A DNA stretch of 63,068 nucleotides, filler included, from Octopus bimaculoides (Eukaryota), in the NCBI RefSeq assembly GCF_001194135.2. It is 3 parts of 3 records of this genome, joined end to end, with 100 filler letters (N's around TTAATTAATTAA, not from the genome) between each part and the next. Parts side by side here need not be neighbours in the genome. Positions count along the whole stretch, not along the records: positions 34,124 to 63,068 come from NC_068983.1; 2 more parts are not named here. The stretch is one strand, 5' to 3'. The notes beneath the pieces were generated by a model, which was given only the letters and a program-made list of their open reading frames with translations, ran no database searches and was not told the DNA's origin. The position numbers and the translations under genes were made by a program. Of this stretch, positions 37,365-50,330 are shown one piece after another (position 1 is the stretch's first letter; each line of letters opens with the position of its first letter).

Positions 37365-38817
37365 TTGGGTTGGCAACTAAGTTCCGGCCGTTTNNNNNNN
37401 NNNNNNNNNNNNNNNNNNNNNNNNNNNNNNNNNNNNNNNNNNNNNNNNNNNNNNNNNNNNNNNNNNNNNNNNNNNNNNNNNNNNNNNNNNNNNNNNNNNN
37501 NNNNNNNNNNNNNNNNNNNNNNNNNNNNNNNNNNNNNNNNNNNNNNNNNNNNNNNNNNNNNNNNNNNNNNNNNNNNNNNNNNNNNNNNNNNNNNNNNNNN
37601 NNNNNNNNNNNNNNNNNNNNNNNNNNNNNNNNNNNNNNNNNNNNNNNNNNNNNNNNNNNNNNNNNNNNNNNNNNNNNNNNNNNNNNNNNNNNNNNNNNNN
37701 NNNNNNNNNNNNNNNNNNNNNNNNNNNNNNNNNNNNNNNNNNNNNNNNNNNNNNNNNNNNNNNNNNNNNNNNNNNNNNNNNNNNNNNNNNNNNNNNNNNN
37801 NNNNNNNNNNNNNNNNNNNNNNNNNNNNNNNNNNNNNNNNNNNNNNNNNNNNNNNNNNNNNNNNNNNNNNNNNNNNNNNNNNNNNNNNNNNNNNNNNNNN
37901 NNNNNNNNNNNNNNNNNNNNNNNNNNNNNNNNNNNNNNNNNNNNNNNNNNNNNNNNNNNNNNNNNNNNNNNNNNNNNNNNNNNNNNNNNNNNNNNNNNNN
38001 NNNNNNNNNNNNNNNNNNNNATCTTTATTCGAAGGGAAAGGTTCAGAAGTATGGAGCATGGGTTCCGCATGCTTTAAGTGACAACAACAAAAATCAACAA
38101 GCCACAATCTCCGCTGGTTTGCTTGCTCGTCACCGCTCAACTCATGGACACAAACAATGATTTCTTTACCGAATCGTTACTGTTGACGAAAAGTGGTGCC
38201 TGTACATCAATATGAAGTAGCGTAAGGAATGGCTTAGCCCCGGTAAACAAACGACATCGCGCGTGAAACAAGATCTTCATCCGCGTAAAACTATGTTGTG
38301 CGTATGGTGGGACTGGGAAGGGACTATCTATTACGAATTGCTTAAACGGAACCAAGCGGTCAACGCGGAACTCTATATTCAACAGATGGAACGACTCAAT
38401 ACGGCTATTCAAGAGGAAAGACCTAATCGGCAGCATGGAGTTCTTCTGCTGCACGACAACGCCCGCCTTCATATCGCCAATATAACCAAGGAAGCCATTC
38501 AAACGCATGGTTGGGAAGTGCTGCCACACCCACCGTACTCTCCTGATTTGGCACCAATGGATTTCCACCTCTTTCAAATGCTATGCGCGGAGTTTCGTTC
38601 AATATTGATGCAGAATTGAGAGCTTGATTGGATCAATTTTTCGAGTTGAAATCGGGTGATTTCTACCAACGCGGTATTGAAAATCTTGTTGAACGTTTGG
38701 AAGAAGTTGTAAACAATAAGGATGAATACATTATTTATTAATTAGTTGTTATTTTTTATTAAGCGTTTTTAAAAATACAAATTTTAAAAAACGGCGGTAA
38801 CTTAGTTGCCAACTCAA
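37365..38817 (+). mobile_element. Mariner (D,D34D) DNA transposon, full length, inactive, spanning a gap
   Basis: TA|TTGGGTTGGCAACTAAGTT..AACTTAGTTGCCAACTCAA|TA. Confidence 0.95.
38021..38741 (+). pseudogene. Mariner transposase pseudogene (catalytic half)
   Basis: WVPHAL, VTVDEKW, LHDNAR, YSPDLAPMDFHLF with 34 residues between D2 and D3; internal stops and a frameshift. Confidence 0.93.
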
Positions 38818-39959
38818 TATATAAAGTCATAAATGACATGGAAATAGTTTGATGAAATTTTAAACTTTATTTAACAATAAGAAAATTCTAATATCACGAC
38901 AAATTGTTTCGTAACTGAAAATCATGTAAATAATTTATATTATTATATTTAATAATGAATAAATTACTTTCATGTCTGCATTAATGCAAAATGCAAAAAA
39001 TCCTTCAAAATAATGCAGAATTTAAGCTACGTCGTCAGGTGAAAGAAAGTCATTGTTAAATACTAAATTCTCGACGTAAATATTGTAAGCACCCTTTATC
39101 ATTATCATCATCATTATTATTTATTATCATGTATTTTAAGTTCTCGATGTTAATGAAATGATATGGCTACTACTGAATAGTGAAACTGAAACCTGAGCAC
39201 CTGCTGACTAAACTAATTTTAACGTCACAATCTGTCTAATCAAGAGCCTCATTTTAAGTTCTGAGGGGTAACTCGTTATCTTAAGTATTTCTTTAACAAG
39301 ATAATCTTATCCGTGTCCTACACACAGACCTACTTGGCCTCAAGAAGTTAAAGTTCAGGTGTGAGGTTAAGAAAAAATTTAATATTTTGAAGCCAGAATA
39401 GCATTTACGATAAACCAAGTAAATTAGTCGAGGCGTATTTTTAAATATCAAACGTCGAACCATGATACTTTCATTTTCAACCGGCTTTAAAATTGCATTG
39501 AAGAGTAGCCGTCAGAATGTAAGTAAACATTTCACTGCCTGTCAACCTGTGAAGCGAATATAAGCTATTGTCGTATGCATCAGTCAAACAAACTTATCAT
39601 ATAAGAAGACAAGGCTACAGCAATCCTTACCTTTTCCCACGGCACTAAAAGCTTTTGAGTAAACTTCCGATTCTCACTGTTTTGCTGCTTTTGTCACACA
39701 CAGGGAACACTTCGTGCAAGACATCACAGTACACATGGTAAAAGTTGGTGCAGTGAAAGGAATGGTAGAGTGGTAGATTAATTTCTTGGTGGAACTTTGT
39801 TGAGTTAAAATGCTGCTGCCGAGATCACGGTTTTCTTTCATTATTCCACGATCATTAAACTATTAATGAAGAACACGCGTCGATATAACCCTAACATAGG
39901 AGCAGCATCCCTCACTCTCCTCCAAAGTGTTTGACCCGTGCCCATGTTAGAAGTCATTA

Positions 39960-40170
39960 ACTGGTTTGGTAGAACCGTTTGAGTGTCAGACAAAACACCT
40001 TTTGGTATTTGCTTCAGTTTTTACGTTTTGAGTTCAAATTCCGACAGATACCAGCTTTGTTCTCATCCTTTCAGACTCAATAAAATAATGTGCGTTTCAA
40101 GTACTAGGATCGAGTTAAATGGGAAACAATACTTCAAATTTATGACCTTGTGCTTACGTAAGAAATTATA
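39960..40170 (+). mobile_element. SINE family A, degenerate
   Basis: TTTACGTTTTGAGTTCAAATTCC..CTCATCCTTTCAG..AATAAAATAA. Confidence 0.7.
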
Positions 40171-40204
40171 ATGATCATGTTTATTAAATTTATTAAAAAA
40201 TTAT

Positions 40205-40625
40205 TATATGCGCAGGCATGTTTGACTGAATAAGTTCGCTCTTCAACTACATAGCTTCGGTTCTAATTCCATTGTGTGACACCTTTTGGGCAAGAGTCTT
40301 CTACTATAGTTCCGTGTCAACCAGTGTCAGTGAGTGAATTTGATAAGATGGAACCTGTATTGATGTCTGTCTCGTGTACATACATGTACATATACATACA
40401 TACATATGTATGTGAATGTGCGTCAGGGGCGTATATTCGGGGTGCGCTGCACACCTATTGAAAATGGAAAATTCATTATAAATATTAACCTTGCTCATTA
40501 ATTAAATCACAAATCTTAATGGAAAGCTTTTGCGATACCCCTTCTTGAAATTTGGTGGCATTGGGTGTACAACAACCACCATACGCCACTAATGAGTATG
40601 TATGTGTGTGCGCGCGCGCGCGCGC

Positions 40626-40669
<44 letters not shown>

Positions 40670-40885
40670 CTCCTGTGACTGTGCAAGTGTTTAGAATTGT
40701 TTTATTCTTACCAACACTTGAGAACGTTGTTTATTCCTTTGCATCACAATAATTTAGGGAGTCGACAAATACAGATAGAATAAGTATCAGACTTTAAACA
40801 AATACAGAGATAGAATTGGCCGACTATACTTTACAAAGCGTTGCCCCAGGAAGGCCACAATCCAATGAGTGAAAGGAGTAAGAGA
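40205..40885 (+). mobile_element. SINE family B, degenerate, with a possible Harbinger-like MITE (40424-40591) in its microsatellite
   Basis: Head 40205-40370, tail 40765-40885; AGGGGCGTAT..ATACGCCACT inverted ends inside. Confidence 0.55.
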
Positions 40886-41754
40886 GGAAAAAAGTGTTAG
40901 ATGGAATCTATTAAGAATTTCATGATATATCTTGTGACGCTCTTACGTCTTTCGGCTTTGCAATCATATGCCAAGGTAGATTCAATTAAAATTGTTCCCA
41001 CCCTCAAAACTGTGTCGCTTTATACCAACGTTAGATATTATTATAATTAATACAAGAGAGTAAATCATCTGACATCAGTCATCTTTCTTCTTATTACAAC
41101 ATATTGATGTATCACCGCCACAACTGCTGTTTATTGTCTGATTTATGTAGAAGTTACTGCGACATGTCATTAATAAATCTTCCTTTTAACGTTCTCCTGT
41201 CTCAGCAGCTCTTTAAATAAAGCTTTCTAACTTGATGGCTTTCTTTCAGCACACACGCGTCTATAGGAATACGCACGCACACACACACACACATGCACAC
41301 ACACACACACATGTACACATACATACACACGCACATATACACGCGCGCGCATACATACACACATATACACAATCGCACAAACACAAATATACCGACACAC
41401 ACAAGTGCACGCATACATTCTAGTACGTGTATATAGAGAGTTTTATATTCTCACGGAAGTTTGCGAAACGATGACTAAAATGGTGATGCGACAATCATAT
41501 ATGCAAGAACGATACCCGTAGAATATCTGCAGTCCTGGGTAACTTGACGATTAGAAACAGCTAAAATACATCGAAATATCAGTTGTGCAGGTAATTAATT
41601 ATGGAAAGTGAGTGAAATAAATTGTTCGATACTAAATAGGATTTATAGCTTTATAAATTCATTTATTGTTACAAGCATCAGAGAATTTATTGCATGTACA
41701 CATCTGAGGCAGAGATGAAGTCAAAGTCATCGGTAAACTGAAAATCATTTACGT

Positions 41755-43190
41755 TTCCTTTTGGAACGTTGGGCTGTGCTTAAAGCCTCCTGGGGTAGAA
41801 GATTTAGCCATCAGTAGATATATCGTTAAACGCGTCTGTCGATTTGGCTGAAGATATTACGTTGAACAGGGAGGGAACAATGAAACAATCCAGTTTCACT
41901 CTGTTGGAGACAGAATGGTTCTAGTATCTTTCCGTTGTCTTGAACTCTGGCCTGTATGCCTTTGTATACGACGGTAATAAATTTTCTGGTACAGCCATAC
42001 TTTGCTATGATTCTCCAATGGCCTTATATACCTGCAGAGACGAAAGCCCTTTTTAGATCAATTCATGTGGAATACAGTTCAGTATTTTGTTAATGAGATT
42101 TCTCTTGAAGCTGTCTGGAAGCAAACATCAGGTGGATAATTGATGCATTCTTGAAACCTTGAGGAACAATCAGATGCCGCTCAGTTAGCTAGAACAGTTC
42201 ATGAAGCGTCTCAGTCAGAGTAAATGCAGCGTGTTTGTCGATCTCAGCTTGGATGGAGCCTGAACTAAGTGCTTTACTAGGGATTAGCAGACGTATTGCT
42301 TTTTTGTAAATCTTCCAGTGCCTTAAGAATCGGAACCTGAAGGTGATAGTCGATAACTTCATCACTGATGGTGGAAGAACAATTCAATACGCTCTGAAAT
42401 TTTTCAGCTTATCATTTCATTTTTTCTTTCTTTGACAGCGATCAGCGTTGACACGTCTGCACGAATGTGAGAAGATAAGCCCGAAGTGGAACAGAAGAGG
42501 CATCACACTAAAGACAAAGATTAAGTTGTACCGGATCATAGTCCTCACAACACATCTTTATGACTGTGAGGCACCGACAAGCTACCAACAGCACGTAAAG
42601 AAGCTGAATCACTTCCATAATTTCACCTTCAGGAAAATTCTTGGGGTTGAGTGGCCGGACATATTTCCTAACTCAAAGATACTGTATCTTAGTGAACTAC
42701 CCAACCCAGCATCCGGACAATTCTGATGCACTCACAGCTGCACTAGTCAGATGGTTCGCATGCCACAACACCAGCTCCCGAAGAAACATTTCTACGTGAA
42801 AAGTCCAGCATGATAAATGCTCCAGAGGAGGCCAGAAAAAAGCGCTACGAAGACATACGGAAAGCTTCACTGAAGGTATTCAGTGACATCCATAAAACAA
42901 AATGGGAACTGACAGCGATGAATTGCAGAGAATGACCTTAAGCAGTCGGCAAGAGCGCCGTGACATGTAAGGTTAACAGAGTGACCGTCTCTGAGTTATG
43001 CAAAAATAGCAGAAAGAGAAATGCAATCAGATCTCTCAGTGTCGCTTGAATATTTTTCACATCGCCAAAGAACACTTCCATGTGCGGCCTAGACTAACAA
43101 GCCATCCGAGCTCTCACAAGACCCGACTATTCCAGGATGATTAGATGGTCCCCGTCGGATTGACAAATGCATGGACAAAGAACAATAAGA
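41755..43190 (+). mobile_element. BovB-like RTE LINE with inverted 5' part
   Basis: Minus 41755-42420: SVLNCSSTISDEVID, NASIIHL, ASRQLQEK, IIAKYGCTRKFIT; plus 42430-43190: WNRRGITLKTKIKLYR, KKLNHFH, VRMPQHQLPKK, GGQKKRYED. Confidence 0.85.
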
Positions 43191-43247
43191 GCATTTGCAT
43201 ATATGTGTTTGTATGTGCGCGCGCGCGCATGTATTTATGCTTGTATG

Positions 43248-43287
<40 letters not shown>

Positions 43288-43354
43288 TGCATATACTTAT
43301 ACATACATGCGGGGACGGGCACACACATAATAGCGGATATAAGTGTTGGTTAGA

Positions 43355-43559
43355 TGCTTGTTTGATTTTTCTAGTCACGCGGACATAAGCACACCAATAA
43401 GGTGGTGGGGGGCGAACACGGACACGAACACACACACACTCACACACACACACACACACACACACATATTCATACACACTCTCACACATACACTCACACT
43501 TACTCACACACACACATTCATACACACTCACACACACACACATTCATACACACGCACAC

Positions 43560-43628
<69 letters not shown>

Positions 43629-43692
43629 TAAATGAATCTAAAACCATGTGGTTGAGCAGCAAACTTTTTATCAAACAGCGTCGCCTGTGCCG
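43355..43692 (-). mobile_element. SINE family B remnants around an expanded (CA)n
   Basis: Body fragment GGACATAAGCACACCAAT..GGTGGGGG and head fragment AACCATGTGGTTGAGCAGCAAAC. Confidence 0.55.
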
Positions 43693-45554
43693 AAATTAAA
43701 TACATGAATGTTTCTCACAAAAGATAAATACACATTCCAATATATTTTCATTATTTTAAAGAAGAAAAATTTATTCAAGTTTCGAATTACTAAAACAATA
43801 TTTACACTCTAATTCTGTTTCTAAATTAAGTATTAATATTCCTTTTCTTTCTCAAAATCAATAACTCATAATTTAACTTATAGTCGGTCATACACAAGAG
43901 ACTAAAAGGCCTGGTAAATATCTTGTTAGATCAGCAGTCTCTTTACGTGATAGTAACAGAGATTATATATTCTGAAGTAGAATAACTTGACGGAACGCCG
44001 TATGTGCGACCAATTTGATGAAGCAATCAGCTACGCACAAGTTCGATGACCTACGGTAGTTACTTCCCAATATACCAAAATAGATGTGTGTGTAATGTGT
44101 GTATGTGGTGGTGATGGGGGGGGGGGTTCATTCTTTCATTATAACCCTGAAAAACGTCAAAATTTTATCATATGGGACCATACGATTGTTCGTTAATTTT
44201 ATTTATCTATTTTTCGTGCACCGTGTTCAGCTCTATGTATTTGTAATCAGTCACATACGTACACCCATTATCTTTCATATACACGTACATACATAGATAT
44301 ATATGCATGCATCTTTTTTCTATGTATGTGTGCATGTGTATGTGCATAGATAGCTAGACACACGGACAAATGCATAAATGTATACAAACGTACATACAAA
44401 AACACACATACCCTGTACTTACCTCTCGTGTGTTCACGTATTTTTCACTCGTTGGTGACGTCCTGTAAACAATGTGTATTTTTCATTTTATTTGTTAGGT
44501 TTTTTTAACATGAAATGTCACATTTTTAATTATTTGTTATTTCAGTCATTTAAAAAACTCAAAATCTTGACTCTTTCTTTCCCAACAATATTGGTATACA
44601 AAATTCCTACCCACAGACCTTATGAAAATGATAACCAAACTATGTAGAGTGATTTTCTCGTATGAGTACAAACTGGGTCACTCTGTCGTAGAAGCTCTAC
44701 GTAATGATTATGTTGGCATCAGAACTGTTCAGAGATAGTTCCAAAGCTCTCGTTTAGGAGATGATAGCCTTGAAAATAAATCAAGAGGCAGGCCGAAACC
44801 AGTTATTCGGCATGATGGATTAAATGCTTTGGTTGAACAAAATCCGAGTACAAAGGTTCGAAAACTTTCATCAGAACTCCAAACATCTCGCACAACTGTT
44901 TTTGGACACCTGTAAAAAATTGGAAAAGTAAAGAAAACGAATAAGATTGTTCCACATCAACTGAACGAGATTTTAAAAAAAACAGACGTCTCGAAGTGTG
45001 CTCCTTATTGCTTTCTCGACTGGAAAAAGACAATTTCTGCATCAAATCATTATTTGTGATGAGAAATGGATACTCTTTGACAACAGCAGGAGAATAGAAC
45101 AGTGATTAGACGCAGGAGAGCCACCTAAACATTATCAAACCCCACCATTGCACCCTAAAACGTTAGTAGTCACTGTATGGTGGGCTACGAAGTGAGTTAT
45201 TTGTTAGTTATTCATTTTTGCAACAAGGAAAAACGGTAACAGCAACATCGTATTGCCAGGAAATTGATTGTATGCATGAGAATTTGAAAAAGATGTAACT
45301 CAGACTAGTGAATAGAGATGACACAATTTTGCTCCACGACAATGTACGTCCTCACACTTCTCAAGCTACGGTTCAAAAGTTCAAAAGCCTGAATTATGAG
45401 ATTTTGCAGAATCCTCCCTATTCCCCTGATATCTCTCCTACTGATCATCACTTATCTAAGCATTTTGAGCTTTTCATAAGCAATAAAACATTCTTAAATA
45501 GGGAAGAGATAATTGAAGTATTCGGACAGTTTATCACAGCAAAAGATAAATGTT

Positions 45555-46238
45555 GGATCTTGTTCAAAACGGGGGCACCAGTTTTCATTTATGTTTTATG
45601 TAGTGTTTTTGGTACCGAAAGACTTTCAAACTTCGTATACTTATCTATTTTGTGTTATAGAACAGAAAAAAAATTTTGTATTCGAATTTATTTCATGTAA
45701 AAAATTGTCTTATTTCGATAATTTCAACCAATCACTGACAAGTATTCAGCTGTTTACAAGTTACTCCTTTGGCAGTTTAAGCGGTGTAAAGCGTATTTAA
45801 TCTCCATTACTTCTGACATTTTGCAGAGAGGCAACACACGTGTGTTCGTTTTCCCTAACCCTAACCCTAACCCTAACCCTAATTGACTTGCTCCTTCCCT
45901 AAAAAACCAGGCCTTGTGTCTATAATAGAAAGGTTTATTAGCTACTGCCAATATGCTTCAGCCATTTTTTGACAAGGAAATAATAATTTTATCACCGCCA
46001 GAATCGTTTGAGAATCGTTTGTTTACGTAGTCAGCACTTAATGTATTCGGCTGAATGGACGTCATTGGTCGAAATTACAGAAATACGACAACTTTAACAT
46101 GAAATAACTTGCGATGTACGTTTTTTTGTTAAGAAGACTAAGAGAAAAAGATGTTTTATATGACACATTCTACCAGTGTCCCAAGTTTAAAAGTGTTTCG
46201 TTAAGAAAATACTGGTGCCCCCGTTTTGAACAAGATCC
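45555..46238. mobile_element. Non-autonomous DNA transposon with perfect 28-bp TIR and 8-bp TSD (Merlin-like)
   Basis: GGATCTTGTTCAAAACGGGGGCACCAGT at both ends; TSD TAAATGTT/TGAATGTT; superfamily inferred from GG termini and 8-bp TSD. Confidence 0.85.
45853..45882. repeat. Interstitial telomere-type repeat (CCCTAA)5
   Basis: Five perfect copies inside the TIR element. Confidence 0.95.
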
Positions 46239-47419
46239 TGAATGTTTTTTAAAGATGGAATTATATAGCATAGAGAAACGTTGGGTAAACGTCATAAATG
46301 AACATGGATCATACTTTGATTAAATAAATCAGTTTTCTAACACATCTGAAACATTTTATTGTTAGCTTTCAAATACAACATTTCATGTGAAACAACCTAA
46401 TATTTATAATCGAACACCACGCAGGCTTGACCACAGTAACTTCTTACAACCATATATAATTTCTGCGACTACTCACTGTTTTCTTTCTTTCTCTCTATCC
46501 CACTATAACCTTCTTTGCTTCCCCTATCTGTCTTTCTTCCACTTCCTACACTATCTGCCGTTCCATCTCCCTTCTCCACACTCCCTTTGTTTCTTTCCCT
46601 CATCCTCTCTCTTGTCCCCCTTCCCCTCTGCCTCTGTTACTCACACGGGACTACAGGCCATTTCTCTTGCTCTTATCTTTTCTGGACTAGACGTTGGATG
46701 TCATTTTTCTTGGCTCCCGACATTTTTCTTCTACTATGTTCTTCTATTCTAATTATTTTACTCTACTATTTTCTCTTTTAATTATTCTATATCCTTTCTT
46801 CCAGGCGTTACTCATTATAATTCATCTTGGCCTAACTGCCCTTAATGTCTGTCTTCGTCGATTGTTTACTCTGTACGCCCACTCAGTCGTTGTTTGTTCG
46901 TTCGAAGCTCTAACTCTCCATGAATTTTATATTTTAAAAATTTCTGGATGCAGCTGTCTTATGAAGTTTCATACATTGTCGTTAAAGCATAAAATAGGTA
47001 GTAATAAACAGTCCGACAACTGATGAGATGCAGACACGTCCGAGTGCACATATAACCATGCTAGAATTTCAGAACAATTTTCAATTTAATTTTTTAATGT
47101 TCTGAATTCTAGTTTTATGATTACCTTTATCACGTACAACCCTCTTCTTACATCAGATTGACCTGATACCTTTTTTCTGCCACCGCCTTAGACTGATGGC
47201 ACCTTATCTTGTCCCTTCATACTTCTGTTTTTGTACCAATGTAACGAATCATTACTTATATTGAATCTTGCAAATTTTTTGTTTCTTGTACGGCGGACAA
47301 GCATACAGCTTCAGTTCTGATGGCAGAAGACACTATAAATGTATATATAAATAAAAAGAAAGAACCGTGTGACTGGCATACGTTTCTCAATGGGTATTGA
47401 ATGTATGGCAGTTTATCCA

Positions 47420-48642
47420 ACACCAACGACTGAAACTGATTCGAAGACTTTGTTTTGTGAGCTAATTTATCAGCCTGAATTTATTATCCGTCTAATGGAA
47501 AGAGTCGTTAAGTTCTATGATCTAAGTTCTTAGGTGATATTTTAAGTATTTTTCCAACAAGAAATTAAAACCCATGTCCCAAACTGTCCCAAATTAACCC
47601 CGGCATATCAGATTTTAAGTATGAGATTAAGGCTAAGTGTAATACAATAGCTAGCTTAACATTNNNNNNNNNNNNNNNNNNNNNNNNNNNNNNNNNNNNN
47701 NNNNNNNNNNNNNNNNNNNNNNNNNNNNNNNNNNNNNNNNNNNNNNNNNNNNNNNNNNNNNNNTATATATATATACATACATACATGTAATATATATATA
47801 ATCAATCAAGCTTGTCCCTTCAAAATTGTCTACGTGTCTTAGATATTATAACAAAAAACAAAAGCGACGCAAAAAGCTGATGAGTTGGTAAACTCGTTGG
47901 AACATCAAGCAAAAGATCTAGCGGTATTTCTTCCGGATATTTACGTCTTGATGTCAAATTCCGTCGAATAAACTTCGCTTCTCGTACTTCTGGAATCGAT
48001 AAAATAAGGTGTCGATAGCTGCGACCGATTAAAGGCCGTGTGCCTTTGTAAGGAATTATTTTTATGAATGGTCTTGGAATGGTAGAATTGGTAGAGAGTC
48101 AGGCCTTACCATATTAAAATTACATCTCTACGTCCTAAGATCAAATCCCATCTCCTTCGACTTCTAGGCCAGCGGGACTCATAAAGTAAATATTAGTCAA
48201 ATAATAAGGTAGATTTATTCGATTGCCTGCAACCTTAAAAATGTACAACCTAGAGATTATGTTATTATGATTATAGTTAAGGCGGCTAGCTTACAGAATG
48301 CTTAGCACGTCGGGCAGATTGCTTAGCACGTCGAGCAGATTGCTTAGCGGGATTTCGCCCGTCTTTACGTTCTGATCGACTTTACCTTATATTCATTCGG
48401 GGTCTTTAAAATGCTGGACTTGTTCCAAAATTTGAAACCATTATTATAGTTATAGTTAATGCAAGAAGTAAATCACCCACCATCAGTCTCCCATCCTATT
48501 ACTACAGTATTTTGATGTATCGCCGCCACAACTTCTGTCTGCTGTTTGATTTATATCAAGGTTACAGCGACACGTTACTTATAAATCTTCCTTTTTCACA
48601 TCTGCTTGTCTCAGCAGCTCTTTAAATATAGCTTTTTAATTT
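47420..48642. repeat. Paralogous module copy 2, containing a SINE A trimer (47880-48447)
   Basis: Block X 47420-47660, gap, three SINE A copies (last has a duplicated 21-mer GCTTAGCACGTCGRGCAGATT), block Z 48456-48642. Confidence 0.78.
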
Positions 48643-48668
48643 AAAGATGTTCCTCCAACGCAAAATAG

Positions 48669-48700
<32 letters not shown>

Positions 48701-48974
48701 ACACATAGACGCACGTTTTTTTAAAGTTTATTATGAAAGATCATATACATGCGAATGTATATTTATACATACATGCAAACATACATAGAGACACATACAT
48801 ACATACATACTTGTATACACACGCGGACACATATAGATGTACAAATGTGTCTCTATAATTTTCTTTCAGTACGTATATACATGCGCGCGCGCATGTATGT
48901 ATGTGTGTATGAATATATATATATATATATATATATCATCCACACACGCACACACACAAACACATATATATGTG

Positions 48975-49024
<50 letters not shown>

Positions 49025-50091
49025 CGTGTGTGCATGTAAGAGATGTTATACTGAAAACTCGACTGTATTGAGATATAAAGATTTTTTATTAACCATTTTT
49101 CGTATTTCTTTAGATCTTTATATTTTAATTGGAACAATAGAATTCGTAGCTCGCTCAACATTTACAGACCTCCCCGATCTTATACCCTATATGAATAGGT
49201 TGTTAATGATGTTTGTTGTAGCTCTTTCTCCAGTTGGGAAGTATCATGCAACTAAAAAAAAGGAGAAAAAGCAACCATCCTCGTTTCAACGAAGGCATAA
49301 ATCTGCAAGCCTCAAAACAAATGACCGATGTGATATGTAAATTTTAATGCAAACATGAAAATTGTAAACATCACGTCTCGAACAGCTATATCGTACATAC
49401 AAGTAAGAAACTTCCTGCCAAATATTCACATCAAAGAGTATGTTTTTGCACTACATTTCACGACAGAATACAAAGTCTGTAATACATCATGCTGGTATGG
49501 TAGAAAACGCAGATTCTTGGCTTAATGTTTTGCTGTATGTCGTAACGACATACATATATACATACAAATATATATATATGTGTGTGTGTGTGTNNNNNNN
49601 NNNNNNNNNNNNNNNNNNNNNNNNNNNNNNNNNNNNNNNNNNNNNNNNNNNNNNNNNNNNNNNNNNNNNNNNNNNNNNNNNNNNNNNNNNNNNNNNNNNN
49701 NNNNNNNNNNNNNNNNNNNNNNNNNNNNNNNNNNNNNNNNNNNNNNNNNNNNNNNNNNNNNNNNNNNNNNNNNNNNNNNNNNNNNNNNNNNNNNNNNNNN
49801 NNNNNNNNNNNNNNNNNNNNNNNNNNNNNNNNNNNNNNNNNNNNNNNNNNNNNNNNNNNNNNNNNNNNNNNNNNNNNNNNNNNNNNNNNNNNNNNNNNNN
49901 NNNNNNNNNNNNNNNNNNNNNNNNNNNNNNNNNNNNNNNNNNNNNNATATATATACATAGATTCTACATATTTTAAATCTGGAGAATCTACTAGAATAGA
50001 TGCAAGCGCTAATTTATAAAAACATGTGACATTAATAAAAATCTGTAAATGTACAACCATCCAGATATCTGAGTACCTTATTATTTTTCTA

Positions 50092-50129
<38 letters not shown>

Positions 50130-50140
<11 letters not shown>

Positions 50141-50330
50141 TGTCTGGCTTGACAACAGCTGTTAGTCTGTTTACATCCCCGTAAGTTAGCGGATTAACAG
50201 AAGAGACTGATAGAATAAGTACCAGGCTTTAAAAAAATTAAGTACTAGTGTAAATTTATTCGATTAGAAATTCCTCAAAGTGGTGCTCCAGTATGGCTGT
50301 AGTCTAATGATTGAAACAAGTAAAAGAAAC
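50130..50330 (+). mobile_element. SINE family B 3' half
   Basis: GCTTGACAAC..GATAGAATAAGTACCAGG..GTGGTGCTCCAG..GAAACAAGTAAAAG. Confidence 0.8.

Larger units (their letters stand above)
39180..41240. repeat. Paralogous module copy 1 (blocks X-Y-SINEs-Z)
   Basis: Aligns by eye with 47420-48642 and 54070-55058. Confidence 0.8.
44495..46400 (+). mobile_element. Second mariner (D,D34D) family, full length, interrupted by a nested TIR element
   Basis: TTAGGTTTTTTTAACATGAAATG versus CATTTCATGTGAAACAACCTAA|TA; IICDEKW, LHDNVRPH, YSPDISPTDHHL; C-terminus EKRWVNVINEHGSYFD* resumes after 46238. Confidence 0.92.

Noticed and set aside
38263-38619. SETMAR-like host gene
   Set aside because: Lies within TIRs and TA TSDs with stops and a frameshift; no SET domain; a dead mariner
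41100-41210. U12-type intron in block Z (GTATC/ATATC start, TTCCTTTTAAC branch-like motif)
   Set aside because: 5' site lacks the near-invariant CTT (GTATCACC, GTATCGCC, ATATCACT) and the branch motif is imperfect; GT/AT change is a simple transition
45853-45882. Chromosome end or fusion scar
   Set aside because: Only five units in one orientation, inside a TIR element
47015-47050. Hammerhead-like CTGATGA..stem (also 37278 and 47317)
   Set aside because: No GAAA after stem II and no convincing stems I and III
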